A DNA stretch of 18,115 nt from a virus. This document shows, piece by piece, positions 13,273-18,115 of the stretch (positions are counted from its first letter, which is position 1; the number at the start of each line of letters is the position of its first letter). The stretch lies in IMG/VR virus record IMGVR_UViG_3300045988_171219, positions 1 through 18,115 of that record; one strand, given 5' to 3'. Position numbers and translations under genes: made by a program. The notes beneath the pieces are model-generated. The model saw nothing but the letters and a program-made list of their open reading frames with translations, was not told the DNA's origin and did not search any database.

Positions 13273-13686
13273 ATGAATAACATGTTGACAGTTATGGACG
13301 AAATGCAAGAAGCCTCTAAACAAACTTATTGTTCTATGTTAATAAATAATGAAGAAGATAAGAAAAAATTGTTTAATCTTTTAGGTAATAGTGATACAAG
13401 AGTTAGTGATAACTTAGATAAAACTATTTCATTAAAAGATGTAGTGCTTCAAAAATTCCCAAAAGTTGATGAAGAAACAGGGGAACTAACATATAGTGTT
13501 CGTGTAATCTTAGTTGATAAAGACGGAAAAACTTACGCTAGTGGGTCAAGAGGACTTTATAGAAGTGTTTTACAACTTATTCAATTAGTTGGTGAACCTA
13601 ACACATGGACTAACCCTATCGACATTAAAGTTGTTGAAACTAACATTAAAAATGGTGGTAAAACTTTTGTAATCAAGACAATATAG
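13273..13686 (+). CDS. Single-stranded DNA-binding protein (phi29 p5-like), 137 aa
   Basis: First gene of the replication operon. As recalled, the C-terminal ~100 aa are colinear with phi29 p5 (FN....S..NL.D.TI ... I...DG..Y...S ... L..LV ... KVV......G..F). Confirmation by HHpred is needed. Confidence 0.55.
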   Translation: MNNMLTVMDEMQEASKQTYCSMLINNEEDKKKLFNLLGNSDTRVSDNLDKTISLKDVVLQKFPKVDEETGELTYSVRVILVDKDGKTYASGSRGLYRSVLQLIQLVGEPNTWTNPIDIKVVETNIKNGGKTFVIKTI

Positions 13687-13700
13687 TATTTGTTCTTACC

Positions 13701-13734
13701 AAGGGGTATAGTAATATATACCCCTTTTATTTTT
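13701..13734 (+). terminator. Intra-operon terminator or attenuator between SSB and terminal protein genes
   Basis: A 10-bp GC-containing stem pairs AAGGGGTATA (13701-13710) with TATACCCCTT (13717-13726), followed by TTATTTTT. Confidence 0.6.
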
Positions 13735-13748
13735 AGGAGTTTTAGAGC

Positions 13749-14807
13749 ATGGCTTTAAGAATAAGTAAAAAAGAGAAAAAGTGGTTATATCAAAAAAATG
13801 CTAGTGCAAACAGAAAAGTAAAAAGACTAGCAACTGAGTTTAATATTCAAAATACATTTAAAACAATACGCCCCTCATCATTTAGAACAAGAAAAGAATT
13901 AAATGATTATAAGAAAAGTTTATCTACCTTTTTAAAAAGAAGCACTCATAAATATGTTAGTGGAACGGGTACATATGTTAAATATGTTGGTAATAAAGAA
14001 ATAATCGCAAGAACCGCTATCCCTCAAAAAGAATTTACCGAAATAAGAAAAATTGTTAATCGACGTAATGAACGAGTACGTAGACAAGTTGCTTTATTTA
14101 AATATAAATCTTATGAGGTAAAGGGTGTTACAATTAAAGGTTCATCAACCTATGGACAAATATTTTCTCTAAGACCACCTAAACACGAACTTCAATTTAA
14201 GTATTCTCAATATCATAAAATTGATATTGATAAGTCTTATTTTACCTCCGAGCGAGCGTGGAAAAAATTTGCTTATGGTGTTAAGAAATATCAAACCCCA
14301 CTATCAATTTTAGAAAGGCAATTAATAATGAAAAAGAATTATATAGAAGCCCTACATAATACTTTTGGAAAAAATGCTGACCTTTTAACTGAACTTGTTG
14401 ATAAACTATCAATTGATGATTTTATGACATTTTATGAAAGTGAGAGATTTAGTGATTTTGATTATATTTATGATGAGGTTTTACGTGATGAGGTTTTAAA
14501 ATACATGACGGAACATATGGTTAATTATGTAAAAGAATTAAAACCTAGAGGTATTACTGATAGAGACGTATACGAGGCTTTAGAATATGTTAATAGTTTA
14601 ACCGAAGAAGCAATAACCGAAGAATACAACAAAGGTAAACTAGGTGGTAAACGTATTAAGTTTAAAGTTAAAGGTGAAAATGGACAAACTTATTGGAATT
14701 ATATCGACTTATCACCCACAGAGGTTATTGAGGTTGAAAAAGGTAAAGCCCTTGTTGAATTAAATGATTTTGAAAATAGAACCCATTATATAAAAATAGG
14801 AAAATAA
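13749..14807 (+). CDS. Terminal protein (phi29 gp3-like), 352 aa
   Basis: Lies immediately upstream of the DNA polymerase gene and has a basic N-terminus. FRTRKELNDYKKSLSTF parallels phi29 TP FETRAQFNKWKEQASSF, and DDFMTFYESERFSDFDYIYDE parallels the DDFYELF...SFEEFDSE priming region as recalled. Confidence 0.75.
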   Translation: MALRISKKEKKWLYQKNASANRKVKRLATEFNIQNTFKTIRPSSFRTRKELNDYKKSLSTFLKRSTHKYVSGTGTYVKYVGNKEIIARTAIPQKEFTEIRKIVNRRNERVRRQVALFKYKSYEVKGVTIKGSSTYGQIFSLRPPKHELQFKYSQYHKIDIDKSYFTSERAWKKFAYGVKKYQTPLSILERQLIMKKNYIEALHNTFGKNADLLTELVDKLSIDDFMTFYESERFSDFDYIYDEVLRDEVLKYMTEHMVNYVKELKPRGITDRDVYEALEYVNSLTEEAITEEYNKGKLGGKRIKFKVKGENGQTYWNYIDLSPTEVIEVEKGKALVELNDFENRTHYIKIGK

Positions 14808-14808
14808 T

Positions 14809-16506
14809 ATGAATAAACGAAAAAGTTATGTTGCTGATTTTGAAACAACAACAAATTTGGAAGATTGTCGGGTATGGTGTTATTCTATTAGTGAAATTGG
14901 AAACGAAGATAATACGATAGTAGGAAAAACAATTGAAGATTTTTTCAAACACCTAGAAACTCTAGGTAGTGCTATCGTATTTTTTCATAATTTACGTTTC
15001 GACGCTCAATTCATACTTTATTATATTTTAACATTGGGTTACACTCATGTAAAAGATAAAAAATATATGCGACGTAAAACTTTTACATCTCTTATTAGTG
15101 GACTAGGTGTATTTTATAGTATTGAAGTAAAACTTGAAAATGGTAATTTAATAACATTTTACGATAGTCTAAAAAAGATACCTAAACCTGTAAAACAAAT
15201 ACCAAAAGATTTTGGACTTGAAGAAGAAAAGGGAGAAATTGATTATAATAAAGAAAGACCTGTTGGTTATGAACTTGATGAAAACGAAAAATCTTATGTT
15301 ATGCATGATACTATAATTGTATCAAAAGCCTTAGATATCCAATTTAGTCAAGGACTAGATAAAATGACAATAGCGGGAGACGCTATCGCTTCGGTAAAAT
15401 CTATGACCGATTTTAGAGGACTTTTTCCCGTTTTATCAAAAGAAGAAGATGAATTTATTCGTAAAAGTTATCGTGGTGGTTGGACTTATTGTAACCCAAA
15501 ATTTCAAAATGTTGACTTGAAAGAATTGGAAGTATATGATGTAAACTCATTATACCCCTCACGTATGCGATATTGTATGCTTCCAAAAGGACCCGCCATA
15601 TACTATAAAGGTAAATATGTAGAAAATGATAAATACCCTTTATATGTTGCTCATATCTATGCAACTTTTAAATTAAAGAAAGGTTGTTTACCATGTATTC
15701 AAGATAAACACAATCGAATGTTTGCCTCAACTGAATATATATGCGAATATGATAATATACTTGAACCTTTAGAAATATATCTTACTAGTGTTGATTTAAA
15801 ACTATTTTTAGATATGTACGATATTTATTATATAGAATATGTTGACGGATATATGTTTGAGGGTGCTTATGGTATGTTTGATAATTATATTGATTATTGG
15901 AACAATCAAAAAATAGAAGCGGGTAAGGAAAAAAACGCAAGCAAAAGAACAATTGCTAAACTTATGCTTAATTCTTGCTATGGTAAATTTGCAAGTGCTG
16001 TAAAATCTACATCTAAAGTGCCTTATCTAAAAGATGACGGAGTTGTTGGATATGAGACAATAGAAGATGAAGATAGAGAACCTGTATACACACCTGTTGC
16101 CGCTTTTATAACCGCCGAAGCAAGAGATTTAACTATTCGGTCGGCTGCCCAATGTATTGATAGGTTTTGTTATGCTGATACAGATTCCTTACATGTCTTA
16201 AAGGATAAAACACCACCAAATATTCCCATTGACGATTTTAAATTAGGATACTTTAAATTAGAAAGTAGTCCAAGACGTGCAAGATTTTTACGTGCTAAAA
16301 CATATATTGAGGAGATTTATGATGAAAAATCAAACACATGGAAATTTGATGTTAAATGTGCGGGTATGAACGATGATGTTAAAAAATTAGTTACATGGGA
16401 TAATTTCCATTATGGCTTTACAAGTGATTTAAAAAAGAAGCCTAAAAATGTTAAAGGTGGAGTTGTTATAGTTAATACACCCTTTACAATTAGTGAACCT
16501 AAATGA
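14809..16506 (+). CDS. Protein-primed family-B DNA polymerase (phi29 gp2-like), 565 aa
   Basis: Motifs found: ExoI YVADFETTT, ExoII FHNLRFDAQF, ExoIII YVMHDTIIV, motif A YDVNSLYPS, motif B KLMLNSCYGKF, motif C YADTDS, and KxY AKTYIEE. The N-terminus (DFETTT..EDCRVW) and FYDSLKKIPKPVKQIPKDF are nearly colinear with the phi29 polymerase. Confidence 0.95.
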   Translation: MNKRKSYVADFETTTNLEDCRVWCYSISEIGNEDNTIVGKTIEDFFKHLETLGSAIVFFHNLRFDAQFILYYILTLGYTHVKDKKYMRRKTFTSLISGLGVFYSIEVKLENGNLITFYDSLKKIPKPVKQIPKDFGLEEEKGEIDYNKERPVGYELDENEKSYVMHDTIIVSKALDIQFSQGLDKMTIAGDAIASVKSMTDFRGLFPVLSKEEDEFIRKSYRGGWTYCNPKFQNVDLKELEVYDVNSLYPSRMRYCMLPKGPAIYYKGKYVENDKYPLYVAHIYATFKLKKGCLPCIQDKHNRMFASTEYICEYDNILEPLEIYLTSVDLKLFLDMYDIYYIEYVDGYMFEGAYGMFDNYIDYWNNQKIEAGKEKNASKRTIAKLMLNSCYGKFASAVKSTSKVPYLKDDGVVGYETIEDEDREPVYTPVAAFITAEARDLTIRSAAQCIDRFCYADTDSLHVLKDKTPPNIPIDDFKLGYFKLESSPRRARFLRAKTYIEEIYDEKSNTWKFDVKCAGMNDDVKKLVTWDNFHYGFTSDLKKKPKNVKGGVVIVNTPFTISEPK

Positions 16507-16512
16507 TATAAT
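16483..16512 (+). promoter_or_regulatory. Promoter P4, embedded in the last codons of the polymerase gene
   Basis: TTTACA (16483-16488), an 18-nt spacer (or TTACAA with 17 nt), then TGATATAAT (TATAAT 16507-16512). The TG of the extension is part of the TGA stop codon. Confidence 0.55.
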
Positions 16513-16517
16513 AGATT

Positions 16518-16681
16518 TGTTAGAGAACCCATATTATATATAAATATGATAATAGGGATATTCCAAGGGAGACCTTGCCTATTTATCTATATGTGGGAAA
16601 ACACGTTGTTTATATATTTTTGGATATTTTCTAACAACATTTTTCCTTAAGACACAGATTAAAAATAATTTGTGTCTTTTT
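16518..16681 (+). ncRNA. Structured ~160-nt RNA; best packaging-RNA (pRNA) candidate by synteny with phi29
   Basis: The end-closing helix pairs 16517-16527 with 16627-16637 (11 bp, one G-U). A second helix pairs CCCATAT (16528-16534) with ATGTGGG (16591-16597). A GNRA-capped hairpin CAAGG-GAGA-CCTTG lies at 16564-16577, and a small hairpin pairs 16599-16603 with 16607-16611, giving a three-way junction. The terminator is at 16649-16681. It lies just beyond the polymerase gene toward the genome end, as the phi29 pRNA does. Confidence 0.5.
16649..16681 (+). terminator. Rho-independent terminator (pRNA candidate / replication operon)
   Basis: AAGACACA (16649-16656) pairs with TGTGTCTT (16671-16678), followed by TTTAGTTTT. 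Confidence 0.65.
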
Positions 16682-16724
16682 AGTTTTCAAAAATATCGAA
16701 CCCCCCTTTATAGAAAAAATTTTT

Positions 16725-16833
16725 TAGTAACACTTGTTACCAAAAGTAGTAACACTTGTTACCAAAAGTAGTAACACTTGTTACTGTGTGAAAATGTGGC
16801 TAAACAAATGTTCGTATAGTAACACTTGTTACC
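16725..16833. repeat. Repeat family A: four copies of TAGTAACACTTGTTAC(C), three of them in 22-bp tandem phase
   Basis: Copies lie at 16725-16741, 16747-16763, 16769-16784 and 16817-16833. Copies 1-3 are separated by AAAAG. Each contains the dyad GTAACA-CT-TGTTAC. Confidence 0.9.
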
Positions 16834-16883
16834 ACGCGTTAAAATGTGGCTAAACAATTGTTCGTATGTGTGAAAATGTGGCT
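16786..16883. repeat. Repeat family B: three copies of the 16-nt motif G(T/C)GT(G/T)AAAATGTGGCT, two extended by AAACAA(A/T)TGTTCGTAT
   Basis: Copies lie at 16786-16801 (extension to 16817), 16836-16851 (extension to 16867) and 16868-16883. Related copies occur at 163-178, 13075-13090 and 17938-17953(-). Confidence 0.85.
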
Positions 16884-16895
16884 TTTTATGATAAT

Positions 16896-16923
16896 AAAAA
16901 TCACTAGATTTTAACTAGTGATT
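16896..16923 (-). terminator. Rho-independent terminator of the leftward right-arm operon
   Basis: On the minus strand, AATCACTAG, a 7-nt loop and CTAGTGATT form a 9-bp stem (16899-16907 with 16915-16923), followed by TTTATT. It overlaps the last codons and stop of the 91-aa gene. Confidence 0.6.
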
Positions 16924-17186
16924 AAAAGACCTATTATAAAAGGTAATAGAAATATTATAATTAATATTAGTCTAAATATATCGTAATTATCATTAGTTAT
17001 TGATTGATTTTTTATATGATTATTAACCCTATCTTGAAGCAAATCTCGTTTGATTGTTAATCTATCTATTTGATGCACTAACGCTCTATATTCGCTTTCT
17101 GTGTATGGATTATCAATGTTTTGTGATTGAGCAAGAAGCATATTAATATGGTTGTTTAATTCGTCTAATCTTTCACTATCACTCAT
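16911..17186 (-). CDS. Tail-anchored membrane protein with coiled coil, 91 aa (possible analogue of phi29 p1)
   Basis: SD GAGGT upstream and a TAATG overlap with the upstream gene. The N-terminal ~65 aa are heptad-like, and the C-terminal hydrophobic helix is IFRLILIIIFLLPFIIGLLI. Confidence 0.5.
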   Translation of the reverse strand: MSDSERLDELNNHINMLLAQSQNIDNPYTESEYRALVHQIDRLTIKRDLLQDRVNNHIKNQSITNDNYDIFRLILIIIFLLPFIIGLLITS

Positions 17187-17410
17187 TAATATACCTCAAT
17201 ATCATATTTTTCTTTTAATATCTCATCATATGCAAAAATAATATACTTACTTTCTTTTATTGCTTCTTTACTAACAAATAATTTATTAGTAAAACCAATA
17301 TCAACATACTTATTATAATATTTCTTATTTTTAACACTAATAAGATATGATTTACCATATCTTATTAGTTTTATAATGTAATTCTTATTTACTTTACTTC
17401 TATATTTCAT
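17186..17410 (-). CDS. Basic small protein, 74 aa, unknown function
   Basis: SD AAAGGGG lies upstream of the ATG (minus strand). Lys/Tyr-rich. Operon context supports it. Confidence 0.5.
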   Translation of the reverse strand: MKYRSKVNKNYIIKLIRYGKSYLISVKNKKYYNKYVDIGFTNKLFVSKEAIKESKYIIFAYDEILKEKYDIEVY

Positions 17411-17759
17411 TTAATACCCCTTTTAATTCTTTAATACATTTATTAAGATTGGTATTAAGTTTAATATTAATACTTTTATAATCTGACTTTGATAATATTA
17501 AACGTGCTTTATCATTATATTTTTTAATTATTGTATCAATTGTTTGTTGCTTTTTGTTTGTTTTTAAATATTCGTATCCATCTGTGATTATGAAATTATT
17601 ATCTACTTCATAAACATCAAATCGCCACCCATAAATATTATTATAATAAAATCGTGGTGCTTTTCTTCTTAATAAATATTGTGTATCACAATACGAACAT
17701 GAAACTATATAATAATAATTTTCTTTTAATTCTTTTTTATTTACTTTACATTTTAACAT
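17400..17759 (-). CDS. Right-arm early protein, 119 aa, unknown function (CSYC motif, YGWRFDVYEV block)
   Basis: The start ATG lies inside the ITR (TAAAATG stop/start coupling to the 39-aa ORF), using the ITR's GAGGT as SD. Family not recognised with confidence. Confidence 0.55.
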   Translation of the reverse strand: MLKCKVNKKELKENYYYIVSCSYCDTQYLLRRKAPRFYYNNIYGWRFDVYEVDNNFIITDGYEYLKTNKKQQTIDTIIKKYNDKARLILSKSDYKSINIKLNTNLNKCIKELKGVLNEI

Positions 17760-17760
17760 T

Positions 17761-17880
17761 TTATTTTACCTCGCTTTCTTCTAGTTCTTCATTTAACAAT
17801 TTTAGTTGTTCAGCAACATATTTTAGGTATGCTATTTCAACATCTAAATTATTAAGATATTTATCAATTGTATTTGCCAT
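17761..17880 (-). CDS. ITR-encoded 39-aa acidic coiled-coil-like protein (right copy)
   Basis: Mirror image of 236-355 with an identical sequence. First cistron of the leftward operon. Confidence 0.55.
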   Translation of the reverse strand: MANTIDKYLNNLDVEIAYLKYVAEQLKLLNEELEESEVK

Positions 17881-17910
17881 ATGCTTTTCCTCCTCTCAAT
17901 TGATATAAAT

Positions 17911-17953
17911 ATTATAACACCATTGCCAATGAATAACAGCCACTTTTTAACGC
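17911..17953 (-). promoter_or_regulatory. ITR-R inward-facing promoter (mirror of 163-205)
   Basis: Reverse complement of the ITR-L promoter, with -10 at 17911-17916 and the 16-nt motif at 17938-17953. Confidence 0.55.
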
Positions 17954-18076
17954 AATTTGACTATTTCCTCCACCATATTGCCAACTTACCCCTAGCCCCT
18001 TGCCTCTCAGTTGCCTATATTGTCAGTGTATTGGCATTAATGGGGGTATATACAATGTATATACATAACTAACTTT

Positions 18077-18115
18077 GCTATTTCAACATCTAAATTATTA
18101 AGATGTTGAAATAGC
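18077..18115. repeat. Terminal hairpin palindrome, right end (loop in opposite orientation)
   Basis: Same arms as 1-39. The loop reads AAATTATTA on the + strand, which follows from the ITR. Confidence 0.9.

Larger units (their letters stand above)
17755..18115. repeat. Right inverted terminal repeat (ITR-R), 361 bp
   Basis: Exact reverse complement of 1-361 (see ITR-L). Confidence 0.95.

Noticed and set aside
16694-16712. tRNA-like T-arm string GGTTCGAT on the minus strand (from CGAACCCCCC)
   Set aside because: No complementary 3' half exists for a T-stem (only T residues follow), and no acceptor or anticodon arms could be built around it.
16795-16853. DnaA boxes (TGTGGCTAA twice) as evidence for a chromosomal-type origin
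   Set aside because: Each is only an 8/9 match, with the mismatch at a conserved position, and there are just two copies. The genome encodes a complete protein-primed replication system. This is kept only as a minor alternative within the repeat-array finding.
16725-16883. Possible CRISPR mini-array
   Set aside because: The family A repeats are 17 bp with an identical 5-bp linker (AAAAG), so there are no unique spacers. The B units are also near-identical. There are no cas genes. The pattern fits iterons or operators, not CRISPR.
1-18115. Temperate lifestyle or a non-standard genetic code (TGA as Trp, as in Mollicutes) suggested by the extreme AT-richness
   Set aside because: No integrase, recombinase, CI/Cro-like pair or attachment-site-like features were found. 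All homology-supported genes are intact under the standard bacterial code, and Trp is encoded by TGG at positions conserved with phi29 proteins.

Overview
The window appears to be a complete linear genome (18,115 bp, strongly AT-rich) of a small phi29-like, protein-primed podophage (Salasmaviridae / former Picovirinae type), probably infecting a low-GC Gram-positive host. It is bounded by perfect 361-bp inverted terminal repeats (1-361 and 17755-18115).

Layout from left to right:
- An ITR-borne promoter plus a 39-aa ORF.
- A rightward early operon of seven small ORFan genes, including an AbrB/SpoVT-type regulator (414-2339), followed by a terminator.
- A repeat-flanked near-consensus promoter and a late operon (2456-12671) with clear phi29 counterparts: scaffold gp7, major capsid gp8 with a C-terminal Ig-like domain, tail knob gp9, portal gp10, lower collar gp11, two fibre/receptor-binding proteins, two holin-like proteins, two tandem M23 peptidases and packaging ATPase gp16.
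- A 600-bp non-coding block with three back-to-back promoter/terminator-bounded small-RNA units and a structured mRNA leader (12657-13272).
- A replication operon with a p5-like SSB, the terminal protein and a family-B DNA polymerase (13273-16506).
- A roughly 160-nt structured RNA with its own promoter and terminator, sitting where phi29 has its pRNA (16483-16681).
- An iteron-like repeat array (16725-16883).
- A leftward right-arm operon of four small genes driven from the right ITR (16911-17880).

No integrase, lysogeny module, tRNA, CRISPR array or IS element was seen.

The most noteworthy observations are:
- Hairpin-palindromic genome ends that lack the terminal base reiteration expected for protein priming.
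- ITRs that are complete duplicated expression cassettes.
- The dense ncRNA cluster between the packaging and replication genes.
- A recurrent 16-nt motif shared by the ITRs, the replication promoter and the repeat array.
- The array of AAC-N4-GTT palindromes between two terminators.

All homology statements come from recognising motifs by eye and from memory of phi29 proteins. All RNA folds were paired by hand. None of this has been computed.
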